Assembly: GCA_963662585.1 (NCBI GenBank)
Contig: OY759729.1
Span: 1,440,001 to 1,504,000, forward strand
DNA: 64,000 nt
Reading direction: 5' to 3'
Origin: Candidatus Cloacimonadales bacterium
Lineage (GTDB): Bacteria; Cloacimonadota; Cloacimonadia; Cloacimonadales; JAFGVF01
The translations under genes were made by a program, and so were the position numbers. Numbering within the stretch: the stretch's first letter is position 1; every line of letters begins with the position of its first letter. A model generated the notes under the pieces. It did no database searches. It was not told where the DNA came from and saw nothing but the letters and a program-made list of their open reading frames with translations. Of this stretch, positions 40,629 through 52,069 are shown one piece after another.

Positions 40629-41134
40629 AACAGGTGATTTGAGAAATTGAATATCGCTAAAGGATTCAGGTATGGTATGGTAAATCACTACCACTTTTGT
40701 GTCCTTCTATGGGGCTCCAAGCTTTATTTTTCTTTGGTCATCTACTCCTCCTCCTCACTCAACTCAAAGATTATTTGAATTTTATTCGAGATGAGTGAGG
40801 AGGAGAGGAAGAAGACTATTAATATTATAGGCAGAATATAAAGTGATTTTAGGTAAAAGAAGTAGTTTTAATTTAATTAGTCAAGACTAACATTAATTTG
40901 TGACCCTTATAGAATTTATTCTATAAGGGGGAATTCTTTAAATAAATTTTCATAAACTGGGACATTTTAGAAGAAAGTGGGCCCTATAGTATAATGAGGA
41001 GGATAATTTAAAATGGAGAACATTGAACATGAGAAGAAGAAAAGTTTTTCAACATTTAATAACAATAAAAGAAAAATTTGCTAGACAAAAAATCAGAGAT
41101 AATTATAAAAAGTTTAGATATTGGAGGGGTAAAA

Positions 41135-41827
41135 ATGCGAATAAGTGGATTCCAGAAATTTTCAATGATAGATTATAATGATAAACTTTGTGCTGTAGTA
41201 TTTACTCAAGCTTGCAACTTGCGGTGTCCTTACTGCCATAATCCTGATTTAGTTGCCATGTTAAGTGGAGCATCATTGATTGCTCAAGAGGAAATTTTAG
41301 AATTTCTTAAAGGAAGAGTTGGTAAACTAGATGCGATAGTAATTACTGGTGGAGAGCCTTTATTACAGAAGAACTTAATTCCTTTTTTACGGGAGTTGAA
41401 GAACTTAGGCTTTTTAATAAAGCTAGACACTAATGGTTTATTGCATCATACATTAGAAAAAGTTATCGAAAGTGGCTTAGTAGATTATATAGCTATGGAT
41501 ATAAAAACATCATTAGAAGAATACGAAAAAGTGGTAAAAGTCCAAGTTCCAATTGAAAGTTTAATCAAGAGTATTAATTTGATTAAGCAATCAGGAATTG
41601 ATCATGAGTTTCGCACAACTCTTGTGGAAGGATTAATAACAGAAAATAATATTTATGATATAGGAGAAAATTTAATTGGGAACAGTACTTATTATCTGCA
41701 AAACTTTGTTAGCTCTCACCATTTAGATGATTCTTATGTTAATGAAATTGGCTTTAGTAAAGAAAAATTAGAGAGAATTCTTTCTAATCTATCCCAAAAA
41801 GGTGTTAAGATAAAATTAAGAGGATGA
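41135..41827 (+). CDS. Anaerobic ribonucleoside-triphosphate reductase activating radical SAM protein
   Basis: CNLRCPYCHN, ITGGEP, KLDTNG, IAMDIK, EFRTT; start behind GGAGG. Confidence 0.88.
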   Translation: MRISGFQKFSMIDYNDKLCAVVFTQACNLRCPYCHNPDLVAMLSGASLIAQEEILEFLKGRVGKLDAIVITGGEPLLQKNLIPFLRELKNLGFLIKLDTNGLLHHTLEKVIESGLVDYIAMDIKTSLEEYEKVVKVQVPIESLIKSINLIKQSGIDHEFRTTLVEGLITENNIYDIGENLIGNSTYYLQNFVSSHHLDDSYVNEIGFSKEKLERILSNLSQKGVKIKLRG

Positions 41828-41831
41828 AAAA

Positions 41832-42131
41832 ATGAATCATTTATCCCAGACAATTATAGAGATAATTAAGAATATACCTGAAGGAAAAGTACTTACTTAC
41901 GGAGAAATAGCCTATAGAGCGGGAAGTCCTAAAGCTGCTAGATTAGTTAGTAATCTACTGCACAGCTCTTCTGATAAATATTCCTTACCTTGGCATAGAG
42001 TAATTAATTCTCAAGGGAAAATATCGCTAACTGGACTGGCAGGAGAAGAGCAAAAACAGATGTTGTTAGCTGAGGGAGTTAAAATAAAAAATGGTAAGAT
42101 TGATTTAGCAACTTATCTTTTTTTAGGGTGA
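41832..42131 (+). CDS. Alkyltransferase-like (ATL/MGMT family) protein
   Basis: IPEGKVLTYG, PWHRV (Trp in place of catalytic Cys). Confidence 0.9.
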   Translation: MNHLSQTIIEIIKNIPEGKVLTYGEIAYRAGSPKAARLVSNLLHSSSDKYSLPWHRVINSQGKISLTGLAGEEQKQMLLAEGVKIKNGKIDLATYLFLG

Positions 42132-42138
42132 GTAAGGA

Positions 42139-42908
42139 AACACCCTTTATCCCCCTCATAGATGGGGATTTAAGATTCACGGACTAAAGGTCCGTAACCC
42201 CAGTTAATAGAAGCAGGGGCCTATGGACTGGGGACCTCCGTGTCGCCAGAAAAGATAAGAGCAGGCTGAATACAGCCTGATGGAAGCAGGGACGCTTCCA
42301 TTCCATAATTTAAGATTCACGGACTAAAGGTCGGTAACCCCAGTTAATGGAAGCAGGGGCCTATGGACTGGGGACCTCCGTGTCGCCAGAAAAGATAAGA
42401 GCAGGCTGAATACAGCCTGATGGAAGCAGGGACGCTTCCATTCCATAATTTAAGATTCACGGACTAAAGGTCCGTAACCCCAGTTAATGGAAGCAGAGGC
42501 CTATGGACTGGGGACCTCCGTGTCGCCAGAAAAGATAAGAGCAGGCTGAATACAGCCTGATGGAAGCAGGGACGCTTCCATTCCATTGAAGAAAACACCC
42601 CCTGTGTCCCCCTCACGGAGGGGGATTTAAGATTCACGGACTAAAGGTCCGTAACCACAGTTAATGGAAGCAGGGGCCTATGGACTGGTGACCTCCGTGT
42701 CGCCAGAAAAGATAAGAGCAGGCTGAATACAGCCTGATGGAAGCAGGGACGCTTCCATTCCATAATTTAAGATTCACGGACTAAAGGTCCGTAACCCCAG
42801 TTAATGGAAACAGAGACGCTTCCACTCCATAGAGGAAAACACCCCCTGTGTCCCCTCACGGAAGGGGATTTAAAACACCCCCTTTATCCCACTCGCGGAT
42901 GGGATTTG
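42139..42908. repeat. BIME-like array of 140-bp composite units with REP palindromes
   Basis: TAAGATTCACGGAC unit starts at 42171, 42311, 42451, 42628 and 42768 (partial). Confidence 0.9.
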
Positions 42909-43101
42909 AGAATAAAGCAGATTATATTTATGTTATTTCTGGCAAGACTAATTATTAATTATTACTTCGTAAAGCCAAAGATAACAATATTTTAATTATG
43001 TTCACACTCATAGCATACCCAACTAAACTCAAAGTTTAATCTTGACATAATTTGCAGTTTTTTACAATAACACTGAAAAAAAATATTAACAAAGGATTAT
43101 T

Positions 43102-44850
43102 ATGGGACCATTCAAACATGTTATAAAATATGTTAAAAAAAGTATTCCCCGCATTTTATTGGGATTTGTAGTACTTTTAGTCGTAGATATTATTCAATTA
43201 GTTATCCCAATCCTGACTAAAAATGCCATTGACAGAATCCAGACTCAGACAATATTGAAGTCAGGATTAATTGTTATCGCTGCCCAGATATTAGGGTTAA
43301 CAGTTGGTATAATGGTCATGAGGTTCTTTTGGAGAATCCTCATTATAGGGAATTCATTTATCATTGAGAAATTAATAAGACATCAGTTTTATGAACACTT
43401 AATGAGATTATCTCAAAACTTCTTCAATCGCCATAAAATAGGTGATTTAATGGCTCATGCTACCAATGATTTGAATGCTGTGAGAATGATGTTTGGTTTT
43501 GGACTAATCGCCGGATTTGATATAATCGTAATGACGATTGCTTCCTTAAGCTTTATGATTGGAATCAATCTCCGTCTTACTCTTTATGCAATTCTCCCTA
43601 TGCCAATAATCACGATTAGTATTCTATATTTTGGAAAAAGATTGCAAAGAAGATTTCGCAATGTTCAAGAATCTTTCTCTAATATGTCAGGAACCATCCA
43701 AGAAAGTATTTCTGGAATCAGAGTGGTTAAAGCCTTTGTTCAAGAAAATCAAGAATTAGAAAAGGTAAAAGATACATCAAAAGATTATGTTCAAAAGAAC
43801 ATTTCTATGGCTATTTTAGATGGTATTTTCCATCCATTTATGGGATTTATTATTAGCATTTCAATGTTGATCACCTTAATATTAGGCGGTCAGTTAGCTA
43901 TTCAAGGGACTATTTCTATTGGTGATTTCTATGCCTTTAACTCTTATCTAGGAATGCTAATATGGCCAATGATGGCTATTGGTATGGTTGTTAATCATTA
44001 CCAACGCGGTACTGCATCTTTAAAAAGATTGAATGTTATATTTGATTCTGAACCACAAATTTCAGATGCAGATGCTGACCATTCCATAAAAGAAGTAAAG
44101 GGAAAGATTGAAATAAAGAACTTGAACTTTGTTTATCCTGACTCAACAGCTACAATATTTGAAAATATAAGTACGACAATTGATATCGGAAAAACTTTAG
44201 CAATAGTAGGTAAGACAGGTTGTGGAAAATCTACCTTAATAGATTTAATTACTAGAGTCTATAATCCACCTATAAATAGCATCTTAATAGATGGAAATGA
44301 TGTTCATAAACTTCCTTTAGAGGTTCTTCATAGAGATATCGTAATGGTTCCTCAAGATATTTTCTTATTCTCAGAAACCTTAGCTAATAACATTGCTTTA
44401 GGAAGGCCAGACGCTACTCGAGAAGAGATAGCTGAAGCAACTAAATTAGCGCAAGTCTATGATGACATCATGGATTTTGAGCATAAATTTGATACTATTG
44501 TTGGTGAAAGAGGAACTACTTTATCTGGAGGACAGAAGCAGAGAGTTGCTATAGCTCGTGCTCTCTTATGCAATCCAAGCGTCTTAATCTTAGATGATGC
44601 ACTTTCCGCTGTTGATACTTTAACAGAAAAGAATATTCTTAATCATCTTATTGAATATCGTCAAAATAAAACAACTATTATTATTTCTCATAGAATTTCT
44701 TCTGTTAGTCATGCAGATAAAATTATCGTGATTGAAGATGGCAAGATAGTTGAGAGTGGAAATCATAATCAGTTGTTAGCTGCAAATGGAATCTATAAAG
44801 ATTTAGATGATAAGCAGAAAATTGAAGAGCGTTTAGAAGGAGAATTTTAA
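43102..44850 (+). CDS. ABC exporter ATP-binding/permease (MdlA-like)
   Basis: TMD, GKTGCGKS, LSGGQKQR, LILDD. Confidence 0.93.
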   Translation: MGPFKHVIKYVKKSIPRILLGFVVLLVVDIIQLVIPILTKNAIDRIQTQTILKSGLIVIAAQILGLTVGIMVMRFFWRILIIGNSFIIEKLIRHQFYEHLMRLSQNFFNRHKIGDLMAHATNDLNAVRMMFGFGLIAGFDIIVMTIASLSFMIGINLRLTLYAILPMPIITISILYFGKRLQRRFRNVQESFSNMSGTIQESISGIRVVKAFVQENQELEKVKDTSKDYVQKNISMAILDGIFHPFMGFIISISMLITLILGGQLAIQGTISIGDFYAFNSYLGMLIWPMMAIGMVVNHYQRGTASLKRLNVIFDSEPQISDADADHSIKEVKGKIEIKNLNFVYPDSTATIFENISTTIDIGKTLAIVGKTGCGKSTLIDLITRVYNPPINSILIDGNDVHKLPLEVLHRDIVMVPQDIFLFSETLANNIALGRPDATREEIAEATKLAQVYDDIMDFEHKFDTIVGERGTTLSGGQKQRVAIARALLCNPSVLILDDALSAVDTLTEKNILNHLIEYRQNKTTIIISHRISSVSHADKIIVIEDGKIVESGNHNQLLAANGIYKDLDDKQKIEERLEGEF

Positions 44851-46988
44851 TGCGAAATGCAGGCATGGATTTTGATGAAATAAAGAAAAATATATTAGAT
44901 AGAAGACTAATAGCTAATCTATTGAAGTATTTGAAGCCATATCTCTGGATGGTTATATTATCGCTTTTTGTACTTTTTGTAATTGCTGGTATAGAACTAG
45001 TATTGCCCTTAATTACGAAATCTGCTTTAGATGATTTCATAATTCCTAATAAACAGATTTATATTACTAACTCTCAAGAAAACAAAGAGCAACTAGAGAA
45101 TTTATTAGCTCAAGATAGCTATTTCATAAGTAGTTATAATGAGAGTAAAGCCTTCATTATCGATAGTCAAGCTGTTAAAAAAGCAGAAAGATTATATCCT
45201 GAGCAAATGTCTCAATATAAAATCAATGCTGAGCTATTCTATGTAATTCCTTATAATGAAAGAAATAACCAAATTATCAAGGACAATAATCTAGAGGAAA
45301 CTCTTACTCAGATATCCAATGAGTATCTTGCTCTGCCCTACTCAGCAGTTAAAAATCTGTCAGCTAGAGATATCTTAAACCTAAATAAGCAGATAGATTA
45401 TAATCTTTTAGGAAAAAAGAACATTGTTATTAACTTCTGGATATTAGGGATTATATATTTATCTTTCATAAGTTTAAGATTTATTTTTCAGTTCTTACAA
45501 ACTTATATGACTCGCTTCTTCTCACAACATGCAATGAATGATCTTAGAACAGATTTGTATCAACATCTACAAAAAATGCCGACATCTTTCTTTGATAAGA
45601 ATCCAGTTGGTAGACTAGTTACTAGAGTTACTAACGATATTCGTTCTATTGATGAGATGCTAGCGGCAGGAGTGATTACCATTGTTCAAGATGTCATTAT
45701 GATCGTTATAATAGTAACAATCATGCTTTCTCTAAACTGGAAACTAGCTCTAATAAGTTTTATTACTATTCCCTTTGTGATTTTGATAATTACTATTTTC
45801 AAGAGAAAGACTAGGAAGATTTATCGAGTGGTAAGAAAGAAATTAGCAGCTCTAAATACTACTCTTGCTGAACATATGTCTGGTGTGAAGATTATCAATC
45901 TTTTTAATCAAAGAGAAATTAAATTAGCCTATTTTGATAAGCTTAATCAAGAATACTTCGAGACTAACTATTCCCAATTGAAACTCTTTGCTTTCTTTAG
46001 ACCTATGATTCATGTTATGTCTCAGATATCAGTTGCTCTCATACTCTGGTATGGTGGTGGGCAAATCTTAGATGGTATCATCACTATCGGTACCTTTACT
46101 GCCTTCACTTTCTATGTTACTAGACTTTTCCAACCAATTAATGACTTTAGTGAGAAGTTTAACATCTTACAAGGTGCTATGGCTGGAGCAGAAAGAATCT
46201 TTGATTTGATGGAAACTGACCAAGATGATTATAGAGAAGAATTAACCATGAATAAAATATTTGATGGTAAAATTGAGTTTCGTAATGTTTGGCTAGCTTA
46301 TAATCCTGATGAATGGGTCTTAAAAGATGTATCTTTCACTATTAATCCAGGAGAAAAAGTTGCTTTAGTAGGTCATACCGGCTCAGGAAAAACTTCTATC
46401 GTTAATCTTATTTTAGGAATGTACCCTTATCAAAAGGGAGAGATACTTATTGATAATAAACCACTAACAGCCTATTCATTACAGGATATCAGGCATAATA
46501 TCGGGATTGTTCAACAAGATGTTTTCCTCTTCTCAGGAAATATTAAGGATAATATCCTTCTCAATAATGAGAATTTAAACGATGAGAGAATGGTTGAAGT
46601 CGCAAAACATGTTAATGTTGATAAATTTATTCAATCACTGCCAGGTAAATATTATGAGCCTGTTATGGAAAGAGGTTCTACCTTCTCTGTAGGACAAAGA
46701 CAACTAATAGCTTTTGCACGCGTTCTAGCTTATAACCCTTCTATCTTTATCCTAGATGAAGCAACTTCTAATATAGATACTGAAACAGAAATTCTTATTC
46801 AAGATGCTTTACAAAAAATAATGGAGAACCGAACTTCTATTATTATTGCCCATAGATTATCCACTATTCAACACTCAGATAGAATTATTGTCCTCCATAA
46901 AGGAAAAATAATTGAAGTGGGAAATCATCAAGAATTGCTACGCAAAGAAGGATTATATTATGATTTATATAGGCTTCAGTATAGTTAA
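44850..46988 (+). CDS. ABC exporter ATP-binding/permease (MdlB-like partner)
   Basis: GHTGSGKT, FSVGQRQ, ILDEATS; translationally coupled. Confidence 0.93.
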   Translation: MRNAGMDFDEIKKNILDRRLIANLLKYLKPYLWMVILSLFVLFVIAGIELVLPLITKSALDDFIIPNKQIYITNSQENKEQLENLLAQDSYFISSYNESKAFIIDSQAVKKAERLYPEQMSQYKINAELFYVIPYNERNNQIIKDNNLEETLTQISNEYLALPYSAVKNLSARDILNLNKQIDYNLLGKKNIVINFWILGIIYLSFISLRFIFQFLQTYMTRFFSQHAMNDLRTDLYQHLQKMPTSFFDKNPVGRLVTRVTNDIRSIDEMLAAGVITIVQDVIMIVIIVTIMLSLNWKLALISFITIPFVILIITIFKRKTRKIYRVVRKKLAALNTTLAEHMSGVKIINLFNQREIKLAYFDKLNQEYFETNYSQLKLFAFFRPMIHVMSQISVALILWYGGGQILDGIITIGTFTAFTFYVTRLFQPINDFSEKFNILQGAMAGAERIFDLMETDQDDYREELTMNKIFDGKIEFRNVWLAYNPDEWVLKDVSFTINPGEKVALVGHTGSGKTSIVNLILGMYPYQKGEILIDNKPLTAYSLQDIRHNIGIVQQDVFLFSGNIKDNILLNNENLNDERMVEVAKHVNVDKFIQSLPGKYYEPVMERGSTFSVGQRQLIAFARVLAYNPSIFILDEATSNIDTETEILIQDALQKIMENRTSIIIAHRLSTIQHSDRIIVLHKGKIIEVGNHQELLRKEGLYYDLYRLQYS

Positions 46989-47137
46989 TCTAAGCTGCAT
47001 TTCAATATATAGATAGAGCATCTTAGCTGTTTATTATTGTAATTTTTAAAAAAAATGTAAAAAAAAGTTTGACATTTGACTAAAGGCGTGTAAGTTGCCT
47101 TAATAGATAAGTAAAATATAAATTTCTGGGAGGAAAT

Positions 47138-49873
47138 ATGAAAAAGAACTTGTTATTTGTACTTGCTTTACTTTTATTAGTTAGTACATCTTTTGCTAAC
47201 TCTTTTAGAGTTACTGAAATGAGTGATTCACATAATTCAAGAGATAGTCGTTTTGAACAAATCTCTTGGATTGACGATTTTGAAGGTGAAAACAACTGGA
47301 CTATAGTTGATGAGACTGCAGCTCCACAAGAATGGCATAGCCACAATGAAGGTGGAACTTATGGTGATGTATGGTGGATGGGTGGAGACAATGGTGGTTA
47401 TATTGATAATCTCTATTTAGTTTTAGACACTCCTGCTATCCCTGTTACTGCAGGTAACTCAACTTTAACATTCGATTTAAACTATAATGTTGAAGCCCCT
47501 GGTGGAACTGGCGATTATAACGGTTGGGATGGTTCAAACATTCGTGTTTCTACTGACCAAGAAAACTGGACTGTTGTAGCTGGTACTCCTGCTTATAATT
47601 GTTCTTCAATGTATTCATTTGGCGATATCCACGGTGAAGGTCCTAATGTTCCAGGTTGGGGCGGATCTTCTAACGGTTGGGTAAACGCTTCTTTCGACCT
47701 TTCAGCTTATGCTGGTCAAACTATCTATGTAAGATTTGCTTTTGCTTCTGACCCTGCTTATAACACAGGTGATGATGAAGACATGTTTGGTATTAAAATT
47801 GATAATATAGCTCTTGGTTCATATACTAATGATGGTTCTGGTGACGATATGGTTGCTTCAAGTTTAGTTCCTCTAGGTGGAAACAATTGGTCTTTAGCTC
47901 AAGTAACTAACGCTTTCTCAGGTACTCATGTATATCAACTACAAAATGATGCAGGTTCTTATGATCCTAATCTTTTAAACGCAATTATTTCTCCAACAAT
48001 TACTCTTCCTACAGAAGGTGAAATTATTGCTAATTTCGAATTAATGGGTGCTTTTACTGATCCAAATGCTGGTGGAGCTGTTTCTGCTCTTGACTACTGG
48101 GGATTTGAAATTCAACTTGATGGATCAAACGCATGGCTTGCTATGTCAAATCCATATGCAGATCCTAATGGTAATAACTATATTTACTCTGATGCTCCAG
48201 ATGTTTGGATGCCAGTAATTGAAGCTTACACATTAGAAGGTAGACTTGACAACTATGCTGGTGAAGATGTAAGATTTAAGATTTACTTCCGTTCAGATGA
48301 TGATACTCCTGAAGGTTCAGGTATCATGGTTGATGACTTCAGAATTACTACTGAAGTATTCCTTGCTGAACCTTACAACTTACAAGCTGAAGTTAACGGT
48401 GAAGAAGTTCAATTAGATTGGGAACAACCATTACAAATGACTGAAACTGATTTCATGTGGACAAATGCTACATGGGCTAGTTTTGTTAGTGATGGACAAC
48501 CTTATGCAATCAGAGTAGATAATGATTCTGATTACGACAAACCACTTTCAAATATTGGTTTTGCTTTATATAATACAGGAGGTACCGTTACTGGTGCTGC
48601 TACTGTTTACGCATGGGAAAACAATGCAGGATTACCTGGTGCTGAATTAGCTTCTGTAGCTGGTGTTACTGGTATGGTTTCACAACAATGGATGAATGTA
48701 GATGTTATGGCAGAAACTATTGTTGTTCCTGCAAATGGTTCTATCTTTGTTGGTGTTGGTGGTTTTGATACTACTAACCAAGGTTTACTTTGTGATGTTA
48801 CTACAACAGTATCAAATTCATATGCTAACATTCAAGGCTCTTGGATGGTTTTAAATGAAGCTTACACAGGCGAAACACCTCCAATCAATGCTGGTATCAA
48901 AGCTACAATCATGGAAAATGACCCAACTCTTCCATCAGCTGATAGCTATAAAGTTTACCACTCAGAAGATGGAAACAACTATACTTTCTTAGCTGAAACT
49001 GTAGATACTGAATATCTTCATACTTCACCTGTTCTTGGTGCTCTTAATTATTATAAAGTTACTGCACTCTTCGGTATTAATGAATCTCAAGGTATCACTA
49101 CCACTGCATTCTTATTACCTGGTGGATTAACTGAAATTACTAATGACGACGGAACTGCTGAAGCTGCTGCTACTGCTAGTGTAAGTAATGTTATGGGTGC
49201 AAAATTCGTTCATACTCATCAAGCAACTCTTCAATATATCAAATTCTATATTGAAACTATGAATAGTGCTAATATGTTATACAGAATTTATAGTTCTGAA
49301 AATGGTATGCCTAATGAAAACCTTGCTACTGCTGTTATTCAAAATAGTGATTTAGTTGAAGGTTGGAACACTATCGAATTACAAACTGAATATCTCTTCG
49401 AAAATGGTCAGTTCTTCATTAGTTTTGTTAATGTTAATAACTCTCCATTAATCGGTTTAGATTCTGATAATGAAGGTAATTACTACTTATCAACTGATGC
49501 TGGTAATAGCTGGGCTCCACAAACTACTGGTAATCTTATGATTAGAGCTTTAGTTGTTAATGGTCCTGTTGATAATTACGATGAAGAAATTGCTCCTGTA
49601 GTTTCTAATGTTGGTAACTATCCAAACCCATTCAACCCTGAAACTACTATCAACTTCAACATGTCTAAAGCAGGAAAAGCTAATGTTTCTGTTTATAACC
49701 TTAAAGGTCAGTTAGTTAAAACTATCCTTAATGATAATGTTGCTGCTGGTAACCAATCAGTTGTTTGGAAAGGTACAGATGCACAAAATAATAGCGTTGC
49801 TTCTGGTGTTTACTTCTTTAGAGTAAAAACTAATAACCAAACTATCAACAAAAAAATGGTTCTTCAAAAATAA
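47138..49873 (+). CDS. Large secreted multi-beta-sandwich protein with FN3-like segments and T9SS-type CTD
   Basis: Signal peptide, FDLSAYAGQTIYVRF domains, NYPNPFNPET CTD. Confidence 0.85.
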   Translation: MKKNLLFVLALLLLVSTSFANSFRVTEMSDSHNSRDSRFEQISWIDDFEGENNWTIVDETAAPQEWHSHNEGGTYGDVWWMGGDNGGYIDNLYLVLDTPAIPVTAGNSTLTFDLNYNVEAPGGTGDYNGWDGSNIRVSTDQENWTVVAGTPAYNCSSMYSFGDIHGEGPNVPGWGGSSNGWVNASFDLSAYAGQTIYVRFAFASDPAYNTGDDEDMFGIKIDNIALGSYTNDGSGDDMVASSLVPLGGNNWSLAQVTNAFSGTHVYQLQNDAGSYDPNLLNAIISPTITLPTEGEIIANFELMGAFTDPNAGGAVSALDYWGFEIQLDGSNAWLAMSNPYADPNGNNYIYSDAPDVWMPVIEAYTLEGRLDNYAGEDVRFKIYFRSDDDTPEGSGIMVDDFRITTEVFLAEPYNLQAEVNGEEVQLDWEQPLQMTETDFMWTNATWASFVSDGQPYAIRVDNDSDYDKPLSNIGFALYNTGGTVTGAATVYAWENNAGLPGAELASVAGVTGMVSQQWMNVDVMAETIVVPANGSIFVGVGGFDTTNQGLLCDVTTTVSNSYANIQGSWMVLNEAYTGETPPINAGIKATIMENDPTLPSADSYKVYHSEDGNNYTFLAETVDTEYLHTSPVLGALNYYKVTALFGINESQGITTTAFLLPGGLTEITNDDGTAEAAATASVSNVMGAKFVHTHQATLQYIKFYIETMNSANMLYRIYSSENGMPNENLATAVIQNSDLVEGWNTIELQTEYLFENGQFFISFVNVNNSPLIGLDSDNEGNYYLSTDAGNSWAPQTTGNLMIRALVVNGPVDNYDEEIAPVVSNVGNYPNPFNPETTINFNMSKAGKANVSVYNLKGQLVKTILNDNVAAGNQSVVWKGTDAQNNSVASGVYFFRVKTNNQTINKKMVLQK

Positions 49874-49892
49874 TTTGAACCTATAAATAATT

Positions 49893-49923
49893 AAAGAGGC
49901 TGAGAAATCAGCCTCTTTTTTTT
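49893..49923 (+). terminator. Rho-independent terminator
   Basis: AAAGAGGCTGA-GAAA-TCAGCCTCTTTTTTTT. Confidence 0.85.
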
Positions 49924-50081
49924 CGGAAAGAAACTAATAATCTGTTTCAAATTGTATTTTCAAGAGCTTTATCTGTCGGAATAGCCTAGCATGTCCCAAA
50001 TTGCTTAATAGCTGAGCATATCTAATTGAATTGCAGAGATAAGCTAGCGAAAGCTTACGACCGCACTAAGGTCTTTTTTTG

Positions 50082-50605
50082 GGCTCTTGTTCAAGTCTGG
50101 TGGAAAGATGAATGTATAACGAAACAGTTTAGTTAATATTGTAATGATTAAAATATCCCTAAAGGGGATTAGTAGATTAGCCTGGGGTAAGATCCTATAG
50201 GGATCGTCACCCCAGGTACAATATCCAAATTTAAGGTCATAACCCTGTAAGGGTTTAATCAAATTTATATAATAAATCTCTGGTATACATGCTTCTATGA
50301 AACCCTTACAGGGTTACACTTTTTTTATACATCACAACCCAGGGTTGCAATCCCTTGAGTCTTCGCTTAAAAGCTACGCCCTCACAAGTCAGGATTTTAC
50401 CCTGGGCTAACTTATTAATCCCCGCTGGGGATATAAGACTTATCCTTTGAGTCTTCGCTAAAGCTACGCCCTCACAAGTCAGGATTTAGTCTTATTTAGT
50501 ATAAAAACTTCTATTTCGTGTACAATATTACCAATAACTTACTGTAATACAATAATAAGGTGCAAGGAAATGCTTAATAATTTCCACCAGACTTGAACAA
50601 GAACC
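50082..50605. mobile_element. 524-bp MITE, 25-bp TIRs, 8-bp TSD
   Basis: GGCTCTTGTTCAAGTCTGGTGGAAA ... TTTCCACCAGACTTGAACAAGAACC, flanked by TTTTTTTG on both sides. Confidence 0.8.
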
Positions 50606-51635
50606 TTTTTTTGCTCCTTTCCAAGAGCTTCCTAATTGGAAATGTAGGCATAATTGCATGTTGGACCCTGGCGGGTCCAACTTCTTTTAGGGGTGGAGAA
50701 TCGATCTACAAAGCTTTCGCTCCTCTGGAGCTTGAAGAAAAAAAGGCAGGCTGAGAAATCAGCCTATTGGAAGCAAGGGTGTGTCCATTCCATAAAATTA
50801 ACTCCAGATAATATCCAATAAAAACATCAGCTAAGCTCCAGAGGAGCGGCACCTTTGTAGATAACATCCAACAAGAACATCAGCTAAGCTCCAGAGGAGC
50901 GACACCTTTGTAGATAACATCCAATAAGAACATCAGCTAAGCTCCAGAGGAGCGACACCTTTCTACAGAGAACTAGAACCGCTAAGGCATCAGTTCAAAA
51001 ATTTCTCTTTTCTTCTTCACAGTAGGATCATTTGCATGTTGTACCCTACCGGGTCCAACTTCTTTTAGGGGGGGGAGAATCGATCTACAAAGCTTTCGCT
51101 CCTCTGGAGCTTGAAGAAAAAAAGGCAGGCTGAGAAATCAGCCTATTGGAAGCAAGGGTGCGTCCATTCCATAAAATTAACTCCAGATAATATCCAATAA
51201 AAACATCAGCTAAGCTCCAGAGGAGCGACACCTTTGTAGATAACATCCAATAAGGACATTAGCTAAGCTCCAGAGGAGCGACACCTTTCTACAGAGCACT
51301 AGAACCGCTAAGGCATCAGTTTAAAAATTTCTCTTTTCTTCTTCACGTAGGATCATTTGCATGTTGGACCCTGGCTGGTCCAACTTTTTTTAGAGGTGGA
51401 GAATCGATCTACAAAGCTTTCGCTCCTCTGGAGCTTGAAGAAAAAAAGGCAGGCTGAGAAATGAGCCTCTTTTCTTTCGGAAAGAAACTAATAATCTGTT
51501 TCAAATTGTATTTTCAAGAGCTTTATCTGTCGGAATAGCCTAGTAAGTCCCAAATTGCTTAATAGCTGAGCATATCTAATTGAATTGCAGAGATAAGCTA
51601 GCGAAAGCTTACGACCGCACTAAGGTCTTTTTTTG

Positions 51636-52069
51636 GGCTCTTGTTCAAGTCTGGTGGAAAGATGAATGTATAACGAAACAGTTTAGTTAATATTGTAATG
51701 ATTAAAATATCCCTAAAGGGGATTAGTAGATTAGCCTGGGGTAAGATCCTATAGGGATCGTCACCCCAGGTACAATATCCAAATTTAAGGTCATAACCCT
51801 GTAAGGGTTTAATCAAATTTATATAATAAATCTCTGGTATACATGCTTCTATGAAACCCTTACAGGGTTACACTTTTTTTATACATCACAACCCAGGGTT
51901 GCAATCCCTTGAGTCTTCGCTTAAAAGCTACGCCCTCACAAGTCAGGATTTAGTCTTATTTAGTATAAAAACTTCTATTTCGTGTACAATATTACCAATA
52001 ACTTACTGTAATACAATAATAAGGTGCAAGGAAATGCTTAATAATTTCCACCAGACTTGAACAAGAACC
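51636..52069. mobile_element. 434-bp copy of the same MITE (90 bp shorter internally)
   Basis: Same TIRs and TSD; part of the segmental duplication. Confidence 0.8.

Noticed and set aside
42139..42908. CRISPR array
   Set aside because: Units are almost identical along their whole length, with no unique spacers and no cas genes
17512..47096. Lineage-specific 16-bp promoter spacing
   Set aside because: Several candidates have 16 bp, but other TTGACA sites give inconsistent spacing; too subjective without TSS data
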